A stretch of DNA of 33,825 nucleotides from Myxococcaceae bacterium. Lineage in GTDB: Bacteria; Myxococcota; Myxococcia; Myxococcales; Myxococcaceae. Location of the stretch: assembly GCA_019694575.1 (NCBI GenBank), contig JAIBBR010000051.1:1-33825 (forward strand), read 5' to 3'. Below, one piece after another: positions 23,030 through 33,194 of the stretch; position 1 is the first letter of the stretch; each line of letters opens with the position of its first letter. Position numbers and translations under genes: made by a program. Below the pieces are notes generated by a model, which worked only from the letters and a program-made list of their open reading frames with translations, ran no database searches and was not told where the DNA came from.

Positions 23030-24073
23030 CTAAAATCTCCCCACCACACCCAGGCCCGCGGGGAAAATTTCGACCCGCGCTTCTTCGCGTTGGTAGCCGT
23101 CGCCCGGCTGGGGCGGTGGCGGAGGAATAGGCGAGAGCGACGGGCGGCTGTTGAGCGCGCTCGACCATTCTAAAGCGACAATGGGAAACGCGGCCCAAAT
23201 CGCCGCCGCGATGCCGCCTATCAAAAACGAGGTTGCGTTGTTGGCCAGGCCTCGCGACACCGTGCTCGACACGGGGCTCAACGCGTTGATGCCGACAAAA
23301 ATGGCCGCGGCCCCAAAACCGGCGGCGAGGCCGGTGAGCACGGTCCACCAGCGGCCTTTGCCGCCCATCGCCCGGTGTACGCCCATGGTCGCGACAATCG
23401 ACAACGTCACCGCCAAGGGCACCAACACCAGGGCGCTGCCCACGAGCGCGAGCGGTTCGCGGCTGCGCGACAGGGCGTCGAACAAGTAAGCGAGCCCAAT
23501 CACAAAGGTGGCGCTGGTGCCGAGCAGCGCGCCGGTGGTGGCGAGCAGCCGCCCCGCCGACCATGGTACTGCGCCGCGGTCGAGCACGGCGTCACGCAGG
23601 CGCAAGCCTAGGGTTGCTCCCACGACTGCGCCGGTAAGCAGCAGGCCCACGCCTTGGGCGGGCAAGGCTTGCGCCCAAGGCGCCTGAATGGCCGCCGAAA
23701 ACGCCCCGAGCAGCAACAGCCCAGCAGAATAGCCCGCCAGGGCTCCGGCGAGCCCAAAGCCCGGGCCCGCTTTGCCACCCCACTGCGAATAAGGAAACCA
23801 AGCGCCGAACCCCAGCAGGCCGACGCCCACGCTCGCGCCCAAAGAAACGCCCAGCTCGGAGCAGCTTCGCCCGGGCCGGCAGTCGTCGCGGTCTAACAAA
23901 TAGCCGGTGAGCAGCGGTAACCCCAGGCTCACCGCGCCGCCCAAGAACGAGCCGATGATGCGCGGTGCATACGTGTCGTCAGAAGCGGGCAGGGTGGGCT
24001 CTTCTAACGCAGCGAGCTGCGCCCATGCCGAAGGTGGGGCCAATAGACACAACGAAAGCCAAAAAGCCTTCAT
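23030..24073 (-). CDS. Gly/Ala-rich membrane protein, paralog A of a tandem pair (unknown family)
   Basis: ATG at 24071-24073. Signal peptide MKAFWLSLCLLAPPSAWAQ. Several hydrophobic GxxxG-rich segments. The C-terminus is EIFPAGLGVVGRF. The stop is 2 nt before the start of paralog B. Confidence 0.65.
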   Translation of the reverse strand: MKAFWLSLCLLAPPSAWAQLAALEEPTLPASDDTYAPRIIGSFLGGAVSLGLPLLTGYLLDRDDCRPGRSCSELGVSLGASVGVGLLGFGAWFPYSQWGGKAGPGFGLAGALAGYSAGLLLLGAFSAAIQAPWAQALPAQGVGLLLTGAVVGATLGLRLRDAVLDRGAVPWSAGRLLATTGALLGTSATFVIGLAYLFDALSRSREPLALVGSALVLVPLAVTLSIVATMGVHRAMGGKGRWWTVLTGLAAGFGAAAIFVGINALSPVSSTVSRGLANNATSFLIGGIAAAIWAAFPIVALEWSSALNSRPSLSPIPPPPPQPGDGYQREEARVEIFPAGLGVVGRF

Positions 24074-24155
24074 GAAGGCTTTGGTTCTAGCGTTGCTCCT
24101 TTGACGGGCGCAACGCTACCCACGGTAGGTTTCGTAAAGTAAAGATGCTTGCACC

Positions 24156-25259
24156 ATGTTTCGGGTCTTGAAAGGGCAGGTGCTTTGTTACCGGCTCTAC
24201 GACATTGCCGACCGCATCGACTTAGAACGCGCCAGCACGCTGCTGCTCGCTGACACCCGGCGGGCCACCTTCAAGCGCGCCGGCAGTGAGTACCTGCAGC
24301 TTTCGAACCCGCCGCTGTACGTGAGCTTCGGCAAGCGGTCTTTGGCGTTGAAGGCCTTTGAGCAAGAGGTTGAAGTGAGCGGTCACCTGTTCGACTACGG
24401 CGCGGTTTCAATCATCGTCACCGTGCCGATTGCGCAGGGCACCGACTTCGAAACGCTGATTCCTTTTTGTGACGAGCTCTACGACAGCCCCGCGGTCGAG
24501 AAGCTGTGTGAAACCGTGTCGGCGCAGCTGGTGAAGACGTTGGGTGACACCCTGCATGTGGCGCACACGTGGGCCAAGAACGAAAGTTACGCGGTGATTC
24601 ACGTCACCCACGTTGAAGGCGAACCGAAAGCGCAGGCGTTGGTGGTGGCGCCTGAATTGCCGCGTTTGCTGCTGGGCGAAGCGCAAGAGCGTCACTTGTC
24701 GGCGGCCGAGCGCGACGACGTGACGCGGCACCACTTTAGTTACACCGAGGCCGACTTGGCGGTCATCGACTGGAACGCGGCCTTCGTTTACGAGCCGAGC
24801 GGGAGCATGGACATTCCCGAGTTGCTCGAGATTGCCAATGCCCAACTGCTCGAGCTGCGTTACTACGACGACGTTCTCGACCGGGCCTTGGAGCGTGTCT
24901 ACGACGCGATTGAAGCGAAGCGCGTGGGTGGCGCGCTGTTGCGCAGCCCGTACAGCAAGTTGTTGCGCGAGCTGATGCTCACGGTGATGGAGCTGCACGA
25001 GTTCGTGGAGCGGGTGGAAAACTCGCTCAAAATCGTGGGCGATGTGTACTTGGCGCGCGTGTATGAAGAATCAGTCAGGCAACTGCGCATTCCCGCGTGG
25101 CAGGCGTTGGTGACCCGCAAGCAGAAGCTGCTGGTGCAAACCTATGAGTTGCTCAAGGGAGAAGTTGACACCCGGCGGGCGCTCACGCTCGAAGTGATGA
25201 TCGTGGTTTTGATTGTCATCGAGTTGGTCTTGGCTTTGACTTCGGTGGTGCGGCACTAA
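24156..25259 (+). CDS. DUF155/RMD1-like protein with a C-terminal TM helix (tentative)
   Basis: 367 aa and soluble, with a single C-terminal TM (TLEVMIVVLIVIELVLALTSVV). This architecture is typical of the DUF155 (YagE/RMD1) family. The assignment is from architecture and loose motif memory only. Confidence 0.5.
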   Translation: MFRVLKGQVLCYRLYDIADRIDLERASTLLLADTRRATFKRAGSEYLQLSNPPLYVSFGKRSLALKAFEQEVEVSGHLFDYGAVSIIVTVPIAQGTDFETLIPFCDELYDSPAVEKLCETVSAQLVKTLGDTLHVAHTWAKNESYAVIHVTHVEGEPKAQALVVAPELPRLLLGEAQERHLSAAERDDVTRHHFSYTEADLAVIDWNAAFVYEPSGSMDIPELLEIANAQLLELRYYDDVLDRALERVYDAIEAKRVGGALLRSPYSKLLRELMLTVMELHEFVERVENSLKIVGDVYLARVYEESVRQLRIPAWQALVTRKQKLLVQTYELLKGEVDTRRALTLEVMIVVLIVIELVLALTSVVRH

Positions 25260-25274
25260 AGAAGTAACCCTTTC

Positions 25275-26750
25275 ATGCCCGACGACACCCAGCGCTTTGG
25301 TGATTTGCTCATCGACATGGGCCTGGTGACCGAAGCCCAGGTTCATGAAGCGCTCGCGGTGCAGGGCTTGACGCACCACCGGTTGGGTGAGGCGCTCATC
25401 TCGCTGGGGTATTTGACGCGTTCTCAATTGCAGCGGGCGCTCGCCACCGCGCTCGGTAAGCACCCGGTCACGGTGAGCGAACGGGCGGCCCTGGGCGATA
25501 TTTTGGTGGGCTTGAAGTACGTGACACCCCACCAGCTCGACGAAGCGCGCCGCGAGCAGCAAAAAAGTGCCGGTGAACTGGGCGAGGTGTTGGTGCGTTT
25601 GGGGTTTTGCACTCCGCAGCAGGTCTACGAAGCCATGGGGCTGCAGCGCAGCATGGCCAGCGAGCAGGCCATGCACCAAGCCAATGGCGCGAGGTTGGCT
25701 GCCAACGGCTTGAAGGTGATGGTGGTCGACGACAGCCCGCTTGCCTGCCGCTTGATTGAAGAAGGCCTGGGGGTGATGGGGTACGAAGTCGAGGCGTTCG
25801 ATGACCCGCTCAAGGCGTTGGCCGCTTTCGAAGCGCTGAAACCGCACCTGGTGCTGACTGATTTAGAAATGCCCGGTATCGATGGCGCCGAGTTGTGCCG
25901 ACGCTTGAAAGAAACCAGCCGCCGCTCGGTGCCGGTGATTATTCTCACCGCCAACGACGCCGATGCTCAGCGGGTCACCGGGTTGCGCGCCGGTGCCGAC
26001 GACTACGTGCACAAAGGCGCCTCGATGGACGAATTGACCGCGCGAATGGAAAGCATCATGCGCCGCACCCAAGAGACCGAGCGCATGCGCCGGCTGTTCG
26101 CCCGCTACACCTCAGAAGAAGTGGTGGAAGAGATTTTGAAGAGCGGCGAAGTGAACCTCACCGGTGAAAAACGCGAAGTGACGGTGCTCTTTGCCGACAT
26201 TCGCAGCTTCACCAGCGTCTCAGAGTCGGTGCCGCCTGAACAAGTGATGGCCATGCTCAACCACGTGCTGGGTGAAATGGCCGACGCGGTGTTGGCCAGC
26301 CAAGGCACGTTAGACAAGTTTTTGGGTGATGGGTTGATGGCCGTTTTCGGCGCTCCGGTGCACCACGAAGACGACGCGCGAAGGGCCGTCGACGCCGCGC
26401 TCTCGATGCTCGAAGCAGTGCGTTTGCGCAACGAGCTGCCGGGCATGCGCACGTTAGAAGTGGGCATCGGTATCAATTCGGGCACGGTGGTGGCGGGCAG
26501 CTTGGGCAACAGCCGGCGCACCGAATACACCGTGGTGGGCGACGTGGTGAACGTGGCGGCCCGCCTGTGCGCGCTGGCTGGCCCGGGCGAAATTTTGGTG
26601 GGCGAGCGCACGGTGAGGCTGCTCGGTGACACATCGCAGTTCGAAGAATTGGCACCGGTGCGCCTCAAGGGGAAGACGCAGCCAGTTCCGTTGTTTCGGG
26701 TAACGCCCGAAACGGTCGAAGTGAGGGTGGCAGGCAACGCCCGGTCGTGA
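25275..26750 (+). CDS. multidomain signalling protein: two MshEN (T2SS-E N-terminal-type, c-di-GMP-binding) modules, REC receiver, class III adenylyl/guanylyl cyclase
   Basis: Four 24-residue MshEN-type motifs: [99 protein letters not shown]: KVMVVDDSP...[13 protein letters not shown]...ILTAND. Cyclase: [53 protein letters not shown]. Confidence 0.85.
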   Translation: MPDDTQRFGDLLIDMGLVTEAQVHEALAVQGLTHHRLGEALISLGYLTRSQLQRALATALGKHPVTVSERAALGDILVGLKYVTPHQLDEARREQQKSAGELGEVLVRLGFCTPQQVYEAMGLQRSMASEQAMHQANGARLAANGLKVMVVDDSPLACRLIEEGLGVMGYEVEAFDDPLKALAAFEALKPHLVLTDLEMPGIDGAELCRRLKETSRRSVPVIILTANDADAQRVTGLRAGADDYVHKGASMDELTARMESIMRRTQETERMRRLFARYTSEEVVEEILKSGEVNLTGEKREVTVLFADIRSFTSVSESVPPEQVMAMLNHVLGEMADAVLASQGTLDKFLGDGLMAVFGAPVHHEDDARRAVDAALSMLEAVRLRNELPGMRTLEVGIGINSGTVVAGSLGNSRRTEYTVVGDVVNVAARLCALAGPGEILVGERTVRLLGDTSQFEELAPVRLKGKTQPVPLFRVTPETVEVRVAGNARS

Positions 26751-26793
26751 TAGCCGGGCTTCAAAGGCGCGCGAGCGCCTTCAAGGGAAAAAC

Positions 26794-27240
26794 ATGTCGA
26801 CTTATTCAGAATCAGAGTTGGTCGAAAACCGTGTTTGCGTGCTCCTGTTCGGAGGCACCGAGTCAGACCGGCAAAGTTGGGCCGCCGAAGCCGCGACGCA
26901 TTACGCCTTCGAAGGGCCGCTCACCGAAGTGAAAGACGCCGCGCAATTGGCGAACGTGGTGAGCAAGAACCGGGGCGTGGTTTACGTGCCTGACTTTGGC
27001 CGCTACGACGACTTGGCCCAACGCGCGGTGGTCAATTCAATGAAGGCCCACGAAGAGCGCGCGAAGTGGATTTTAGGGCTCACCCAATTGCCCACCAGCG
27101 CCCGCGCCAAAGGGCTCTTACGTGAAGACATTCTCTATTGGCTCGAGAGGTCGAACGTTGACCTGTCGAGCGCTGAAGCCAAAGAAGCCATCAAGAAGCG
27201 CCGCGCCAAGCAGCAAAAAGGCAAAGGCAGTCACCGTTAG
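26794..27240 (+). CDS. hypothetical protein with a basic C-terminus
   Basis: AAGGGA RBS. No clear domain. There is a faint resemblance to a degenerate P-loop/sigma-54 activator core (VLLFGGTESD...VYVPDFGRYDDL) without a GK(S/T). Confidence 0.45.
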   Translation: MSTYSESELVENRVCVLLFGGTESDRQSWAAEAATHYAFEGPLTEVKDAAQLANVVSKNRGVVYVPDFGRYDDLAQRAVVNSMKAHEERAKWILGLTQLPTSARAKGLLREDILYWLERSNVDLSSAEAKEAIKKRRAKQQKGKGSHR

Positions 27241-27264
27241 TCTTTAAGGAGCGAAGAACCCGCC

Positions 27265-27828
27265 ATGTCGGACGCATTCGAAGATCGCCGCAAAGAAATG
27301 GAAGAAGCCTTCTTTCGCAAGCAGAACGAAAAGCTGCTCGAGAAGATGCGCCATGAGAAGCAGGTCGCGGTCGACCGCCAAGGCATCGCGCGCCTCACCG
27401 GCATTACCCAAGACGCGGTGCTCGACACCCTGCTCGCGATGAAGCTGAACCCCGAGACGGTGACCGCTTTCACCTTGTTTCCCCTGGTTGAAGTGGCCTG
27501 GGCCGACGGCGCGGTCGACGCGAAAGAAAAGAAGGCGGTGCTGGAAGGCGCAGCCCAAAAGGGCATCGCGCCCGGCAGCGCGGCGGCAGAATTGCTCGAA
27601 GGGTGGTTGGCGAACAAGCCGTCTCCGAAGCTGCACGACACGTGGAAGAGCTACGTGCAGGCGATGTGCAAAAACCTAGAGCCCATCGACCGTGAAAATT
27701 TGAAGAAAGAGCTGCTCGGTTGGGCGCGGCAAGTGGCGCAGGCGACCGGTGGCATCTTGGGCATGGGCGAAAAAGTCTCGAGCGCCGAAGAGACCGCGCT
27801 GCACCGTCTCGCCGAAGCGTTCTCATAA
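27265..27828 (+). CDS. TerB-like (tellurite-resistance TerB / DjlA N-terminal-type) protein
   Basis: AAGGAG RBS. FPLVEVAWADGAVDAKEKKAVLEGAA resembles the TerB (L..VA.ADG.i...E) signature. All-helical and acidic. Confidence 0.55.
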   Translation: MSDAFEDRRKEMEEAFFRKQNEKLLEKMRHEKQVAVDRQGIARLTGITQDAVLDTLLAMKLNPETVTAFTLFPLVEVAWADGAVDAKEKKAVLEGAAQKGIAPGSAAAELLEGWLANKPSPKLHDTWKSYVQAMCKNLEPIDRENLKKELLGWARQVAQATGGILGMGEKVSSAEETALHRLAEAFS

Positions 27829-27850
27829 ACGTTTCGCCAAAGCGAAAGGC

Positions 27851-28723
27851 ATGGCGCGTCTTTTTCGGCGGTGGTGGCCGGTGAGTGCCCTGGTGGGGCT
27901 CCTGGTGGTGGTACCTGCCGCGGTGGCGGCGCGTGCGTACCATGCAGCGACGCTGTTGTTGCGGCCCCATCGCGGGCCGGTGGCCATGCCCACGGGGTGG
28001 TCAGGAGGCATCATTACCCAGTGGACCACGCCGTCGGGCGTGAGGCTGTCGGGGTGGTATTTTCCCTCGACCAATGGCGCGGCGGTGGTGCTGGCCCACG
28101 GCATGGGCGCCAACCGGCTGCAATTGGCGCCCGAGCTCGAAGCGCTGCGGGCACAGGGCTTCGGCGTCGCCAGCTTCGATGAGCCGGGGCAGGGTGAGAG
28201 CGAAGGCCAGGTCACCTGGGGTGAGGCCGAGCGCGAGGCGTTGGCCACGGTGGTTGACTTCGTGGCCAAGCAACCAGACGCCACCGGAGCGATTGGCGTG
28301 CTCGGCTTTTCGGTCGGCGGCTCGGCGGCGGTGCGGGTGGCGGCTGAAGACTTGCGGGTACGGGCGTTGGTGCTGTGTGGCACGTGGACCAGCTTAGAAG
28401 GTGAATTCACTTTCGAGTTCGGCCGCTGGGGTGCTTTGAGCCGGTGGCCTGCGCTGTGGGCCCTGCAGCGGCACGGCATTCACCGTGAAGACGTGCAGCC
28501 GATTGTCGACATTACGCACATCGCGCCCCGGCCGGTGCTGGTGGTGACAGGGGGTGCAGACGAGGTGGTGCCCCAAGAAGTGGCCGAGGCCCTTTTTTCG
28601 GCGTCCAAGCCTCCCCACCAGTTGAAAACGCTGCCTGGCGCGCACCATGGCGACTACGCCCAAAGCCCTGAATACCTGCCGTTGGTAACCGGCTTTTTCG
28701 CTAGGACGCTGCTGGCGAAGTGA
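27851..28723 (+). CDS. membrane-anchored alpha/beta hydrolase
   Basis: ATG at 27851 with AAAGG upstream; the track ORF starts at 27749, inside the previous gene. N-terminal TM RRWWPVSALVGLLVVVPAAVAA. GFSVGG (GxSxG), VVLAHGMG (HG) and an Asp/His pair near the C-terminus (GGADEVV, GAHHGD). Confidence 0.7.
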   Translation: MARLFRRWWPVSALVGLLVVVPAAVAARAYHAATLLLRPHRGPVAMPTGWSGGIITQWTTPSGVRLSGWYFPSTNGAAVVLAHGMGANRLQLAPELEALRAQGFGVASFDEPGQGESEGQVTWGEAEREALATVVDFVAKQPDATGAIGVLGFSVGGSAAVRVAAEDLRVRALVLCGTWTSLEGEFTFEFGRWGALSRWPALWALQRHGIHREDVQPIVDITHIAPRPVLVVTGGADEVVPQEVAEALFSASKPPHQLKTLPGAHHGDYAQSPEYLPLVTGFFARTLLAK

Positions 28724-28744
28724 GCTAACCCCCCAGAGGAGAAA

Positions 28745-31474
28745 ATGGCTGATCCGACCGACATTCCTCCTGCGCCGTCCGCCCCTCCTCCCCCCGGCAG
28801 CGCGGGCACCTTGATTTCCGTCGCCATCGAAGACGAGATGCGCAAGAGCTACCTCGATTATTCGATGAGCGTCATCGTCGGGCGCGCGTTGCCTGACGTG
28901 CGTGACGGTCTGAAGCCCGTGCACCGGCGCGTGCTGTTCGCGATGCACGAGCTGTCGAACACGTTCAACCGCCCGTACAAAAAGTCAGCCCGCGTGGTGG
29001 GCGACGTCATCGGCAAGTACCACCCGCACGGTGACCAGTCGGTTTACGACGCCATCGTGCGCATGGCCCAGCCGTGGTCGCTGCGTTACCCGCTCATCGA
29101 CGGGCAGGGAAACTTCGGCTCCATCGACGGCGACGCCCCAGCCGCCATGCGTTACACCGAAGTGCGCATGGAGCGTCTCACCGACGAGATGCTCGCCGAC
29201 TTAGACAAAGACACCGTCGATTTCGGGCCCAACTACGACGGCCAAAATCTCGAGCCGCTGGTAATGCCGGCGCGGTTTCCCAACTTGTTGGTCAATGGGT
29301 CTGACGGCATCGCGGTGGGCATGGCCACCAAAATTCCTCCTCACAACATGGGCGAAATCATCGACGCCACCATTCACTTGGTCGACAACTCCAAGGTGAC
29401 GGTAGCCGAGTTGATGAAGTTTGTTCCCGGCCCTGATTTTCCCACCGCGGGGCTGATTTCGGGCCGCGAGGGCATTCGCAAGGCCTACGAGACGGGGCGC
29501 GGTACCATCACCATGCGGGCGCGCGCTGAAATTGAAATCGCCAAGAAGAGCGAGCGCGAGAGCATTGTCATCACTGAGATTCCCTTTCAGGTGAACAAGG
29601 CGCGCCTCATCGAGCGCATTGCCGACTTGGTGCGTGAAAAGCGTGTCGAAGGCATTTCTGACGTGCGCGACGAGAGCGACCGGCAGGGCATGCGCATCGT
29701 GGTCGAGTTGAAGCGCGACGCGATTTCAGGCGTGGTGCTGAACAACCTGTTTGCCAATACACCCATGCAGTCGAGCTTCGGCATCGTGCTCTTGGCGGTC
29801 GACGGTGGCCAGCCGCGCACCTTGACGTTGAAAGAGATTTTAGAGCGCTTCATCGTTCACCGCCGTGAAGTGGTGACGCGCCGCAGCCGCTACGAGCTCA
29901 AAAAAGCCAAAGACCGCTTGCACATTGTCGAAGGTCTGTTGGTGGCCCAAGACATCATCGACCACGTGATTACGGTGATTCGTAAGTCGAAAGACGTCGA
30001 TGAAGCGCGTTGGGGCTTGATGAATATTTTGTCGCCTGCGCTCTACCAGCACCCCACTTTTTCGCAGCTCGACAAGCTCGACACCCAAAAAGCCAAAGCG
30101 CAAATGGAAGCGCTGGTGGCGCGGGCGAAGGGCGCCGAGCCGAAGTACTCAGGCCTTTCGTACGACTACGGTGACAAGGGCTTCTCAGAAGAGCAGGCGA
30201 AGAACATTCTCGAAATGCGGTTGCAGCGACTGACGGGCATGCAGCGTGAAGAGCTGTTCAATGAACTGCTCGCGCTCACCCGCGACATCGCCCGGTTAGA
30301 AGACATTCTGCAAAACGAGTCTTCGTTGCTGGCGGTCATCAAGGCCGAGCTGAAAGAAATTCGCGAGCGTTACGCTGACGAGCGCCGTACCGAAATCACC
30401 GGCGACTTGGCCGACATTTCCACTGAAGACCTGATTGCCGAAGAGCAAATGGTGGTGACGCTTTCGCACGCGGGCTACGTGAAGCGAAACCCGCTCACCG
30501 AGTACCGGGCGCAGCGGCGCGGCGGCCGGGGCAAGACGGGAGCGACGACGAAAGAAGACGATTTCGTCTCTGACTTGTTTGTCGCTTCGACCCACGCATA
30601 CCTGTTGACGATTACCGCCCGCGGCAAGTTGTACTGGCTAAAAGTGCACGAGATACCCGCGGCGGGGCGCGCGGCGCGTGGCAAGCCCATTGTCAACCTG
30701 GTGCAGTTTCAAGAGGGCGAGAAGCTGGCCCAGGTCGTCGTCACCAAAGATTTTCCCGAGAGCAAGTTCGTGCTCTTCGTCACCCGCAATGGCGTGGTGA
30801 AGCGCACCGACTTGAACGCGTTTTCCAACATTCGCGCGTCGGGCATCATCGCGCTCGGCATCGAAGACGGCGACAGCCTGGTGTCGGTGAAAATTACCGA
30901 CGGCAGCAAAGACGTGCTGATTAGCACCGCTCAGGGCATGAGCATTCGCTTCGCTGAAGAAGAAGTGCGCTCTATGGGCCGCGCCGCATATGGCGTCAAA
31001 GGCGTTACGCTCGAAGAGGGCGACACGGTGGTGAGCGCTGAAGTCGTTGAGAAAGGTACCGCGATTTTGACGGTCACCGAAAACGGCTACGGCAAGCGCA
31101 CAGAAGAAGCCGAGTACCGCACCCAAGGCCGTGGCGGCAAAGGCATCATCGACATCAAGACCACCGAGCGCAACGGGCGCGTGGTGGGCGCGGTGCAGGT
31201 GAAAGAGACCGACGAGGTGATGCTGATAACCAACGGCGGCATGTTGATTCGCCTGAAAGTAAAAGAGATTTCTGTCATCGGCCGCAACACCCAAGGCGTG
31301 CGCCTGATTTCGCTCGAGAACGAGCAAGAGAAGGTGGTGGGTATTTCGAAGCTGCCTGAAAGCGAAGGCAGCGAGATTGAAGAAGTGACCGACGTCGAGC
31401 TTTTGGGCGAAGGTGATGAGCCCGTAGCAGAGCCTGTCGACGACGAAGGCAACGACGATGGTTCGGCCAGCTAA
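28745..31474 (+). CDS. gyrA: DNA gyrase subunit A
   Basis: AGGAG RBS. Active-site [10 protein letters not shown] (catalytic Tyr). [22 protein letters not shown]. GyrA-box QRRGGRGK in the C-terminal beta-pinwheel. Acidic C-terminal tail. 909 aa. Confidence 0.95.
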   Translation: MADPTDIPPAPSAPPPPGSAGTLISVAIEDEMRKSYLDYSMSVIVGRALPDVRDGLKPVHRRVLFAMHELSNTFNRPYKKSARVVGDVIGKYHPHGDQSVYDAIVRMAQPWSLRYPLIDGQGNFGSIDGDAPAAMRYTEVRMERLTDEMLADLDKDTVDFGPNYDGQNLEPLVMPARFPNLLVNGSDGIAVGMATKIPPHNMGEIIDATIHLVDNSKVTVAELMKFVPGPDFPTAGLISGREGIRKAYETGRGTITMRARAEIEIAKKSERESIVITEIPFQVNKARLIERIADLVREKRVEGISDVRDESDRQGMRIVVELKRDAISGVVLNNLFANTPMQSSFGIVLLAVDGGQPRTLTLKEILERFIVHRREVVTRRSRYELKKAKDRLHIVEGLLVAQDIIDHVITVIRKSKDVDEARWGLMNILSPALYQHPTFSQLDKLDTQKAKAQMEALVARAKGAEPKYSGLSYDYGDKGFSEEQAKNILEMRLQRLTGMQREELFNELLALTRDIARLEDILQNESSLLAVIKAELKEIRERYADERRTEITGDLADISTEDLIAEEQMVVTLSHAGYVKRNPLTEYRAQRRGGRGKTGATTKEDDFVSDLFVASTHAYLLTITARGKLYWLKVHEIPAAGRAARGKPIVNLVQFQEGEKLAQVVVTKDFPESKFVLFVTRNGVVKRTDLNAFSNIRASGIIALGIEDGDSLVSVKITDGSKDVLISTAQGMSIRFAEEEVRSMGRAAYGVKGVTLEEGDTVVSAEVVEKGTAILTVTENGYGKRTEEAEYRTQGRGGKGIIDIKTTERNGRVVGAVQVKETDEVMLITNGGMLIRLKVKEISVIGRNTQGVRLISLENEQEKVVGISKLPESEGSEIEEVTDVELLGEGDEPVAEPVDDEGNDDGSAS

Positions 31475-31495
31475 AGTAACAGGGCTGTACAAAAA

Positions 31496-32071
31496 GTGGC
31501 GCTGCGGCTGAACCGGGCCGACAATTTCAGCATGAGCTTCGACACGGTCATGGTGGGTGAGCTGCAGCTTCCTGACGAGCAAACCGAGCGTTGGTTGAGT
31601 GCCGAAGTGTGCTCCGTCGACGTGCCGTGGCTGGTTTTTTTAGGCGGCACGCGGCTGCTTCACAGCACGCCTGAAGCGCTTTTGACTTCGGTCATTGAAA
31701 CCATCGTTCCTCCGCATGAGCTGTGCGAGGTGACGTTCGCGCAAGGCCGGCTCACCGTGCACGCGCGGGTGAGCAAAGACATTTTCTTCGAGCTGATTGA
31801 GCCGCTGGCGATGATTTACGCCAGTGCCGCGCGGGTGGGGGCGGGAGGCACGCTCACCGTCTCGGGCCACCACAGCCTGCCGTTCGGTTACCGCATTCAC
31901 GCCGGTTGGGGCCGCGCCAAGTTGAAGGCGCTGTCTGCGGCAGAGCTCGACGCTTTCGCCCAGTCGCAACCCGGCCTGCGGGTTGAAGAGAAGCTGCGTC
32001 ACCGCCTCGACACCATGCTCGAGCGGCCGGTGCGCTTGGGGAGCAGCGAGCTGCTCTTCGCCGCGCGTTAA
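31496..32071 (+). CDS. hypothetical protein
   Basis: ORF 31496..32071, GTG start per the track. An alternative ATG about 35 nt downstream gives MSFDTV.... It is 21 nt after the gyrA stop and probably co-transcribed. No motifs recognised. Confidence 0.4.
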   Translation: MALRLNRADNFSMSFDTVMVGELQLPDEQTERWLSAEVCSVDVPWLVFLGGTRLLHSTPEALLTSVIETIVPPHELCEVTFAQGRLTVHARVSKDIFFELIEPLAMIYASAARVGAGGTLTVSGHHSLPFGYRIHAGWGRAKLKALSAAELDAFAQSQPGLRVEEKLRHRLDTMLERPVRLGSSELLFAAR

Positions 32072-32078
32072 AGGGCGC

Positions 32079-33194
32079 TTACCACTTCGCCGAAACCCCG
32101 AGCATCGCGACCTGCCTCAGGTACGTGTAGTCGGTGGTCACCAGCCGGTTGAAATAAAAGGCATAGCGCGCATCGAAAGCGAAGTGCTCGCCCAAGGGCC
32201 GCACGAATTTCACCGAGACGGCGTTCTGATTTTCGTCGTCTTCCGAGATGTTCAAGTCTTGCGAAAGAAACATGTGGTCAGGGTATTGCGCCCACTGCAA
32301 TGCCAGGTTGCCAAGAAAGGTCCACCGCCAGGGCAGCTTCACGCCGGCGGTGAGGGTGCCGCGGTGGCGGCGGTACGTCTCGCCCCAGCTGTTCGACGTC
32401 GAATCGACATAGCTGTACGCGACAGTGAGCGCGAAAGGCCCGCGGTACGCGTAGCTGATGCCGGCGGTGAAGACGTTGTCAGAACGCTGTGCCCGCACCT
32501 CAGGTGGGTCGAGGCCAGGGTTGGGAAAACTCAGCGCATTGTACAGCCGCGGCTCGTAGTTGCCGGTCACCGACATGCTGTGGCGCTTGTCGAAACGGTA
32601 GCGCACCGAAAATGAAACCGTCGGGGTGTAGAAGCTCGCGGCGATGCCGTTCCAGTACAAGAACCGGTGTGCGCCGCCGAAGACACGCAGGTCGACTTTG
32701 CCGCTGGGTGTGAAGCCGAGGTAAGCCTCGGCCGACAAATCGGTGTAGTCGCGCTCGGCGCCGCGCCGGTCTCTTGCTCTCGCCAAAAGGCCGAAGTCGA
32801 AATAACGCCCCGCGTACAGTGAGCCGTCGAGCACCGCGCTCTGAATCACCGTGTCTTCGCTGGGCAGACGCATGAACTTGCGCGCTCCCACGTCGTAGCG
32901 ACCCGACAAGCGGCCGCGCTCACCCCGCGCTTGCGCTTCGAGTTGTGCAATTGCCGACACCATGCCGTCGAGTGGAGTCGTCGCGCCGCCGGTGACGAAG
33001 TCGCGGGCCGGGTTGGTATCGACGCCCGCGCCAGTCCACAGGCTGGCGCTGCCCGACCACGTCGAAGGCGTCTCGTCTTCGGCGGCGGCCGCCCAGTGCG
33101 CGAGCAGAGCAACGCCCAACAGTGCTTGCCCAATGATGTTTCGGGTGCATGCCCTCACCGTAAGGCGCGCACCATAGAAGACTTCGCCCGCCAT
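32079..33194 (-). CDS. outer-membrane beta-barrel protein (porin-like), unknown family
   Basis: ATG at 33192-33194. A long signal peptide ending AHWAAAA-ED. Alternating hydrophobic Y/F/W-rich strands. A C-terminal aromatic beta-signal ...AMLGVSAKW. It is convergent with the preceding gene (8-nt gap). Confidence 0.6.
   Translation of the reverse strand: MAGEVFYGARLTVRACTRNIIGQALLGVALLAHWAAAAEDETPSTWSGSASLWTGAGVDTNPARDFVTGGATTPLDGMVSAIAQLEAQARGERGRLSGRYDVGARKFMRLPSEDTVIQSAVLDGSLYAGRYFDFGLLARARDRRGAERDYTDLSAEAYLGFTPSGKVDLRVFGGAHRFLYWNGIAASFYTPTVSFSVRYRFDKRHSMSVTGNYEPRLYNALSFPNPGLDPPEVRAQRSDNVFTAGISYAYRGPFALTVAYSYVDSTSNSWGETYRRHRGTLTAGVKLPWRWTFLGNLALQWAQYPDHMFLSQDLNISEDDENQNAVSVKFVRPLGEHFAFDARYAFYFNRLVTTDYTYLRQVAMLGVSAKW

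Noticed and set aside
22061-23173. + strand ORFs 22061..22438, 22429..22863, 22542..23033, 22850..23173 opposite the paralog B gene
   Set aside because: They are Arg/Pro/Ala-rich antisense products. The minus-strand gene is supported by paralogy with its neighbour and by a signal peptide and RBS.
24408-25847. Minus-strand ORFs 24408..24998 and 25071..25847 opposite the DUF155-like and cyclase genes
   Set aside because: They are antisense artefacts. The + strand encodes unmistakable REC and cyclase domains.
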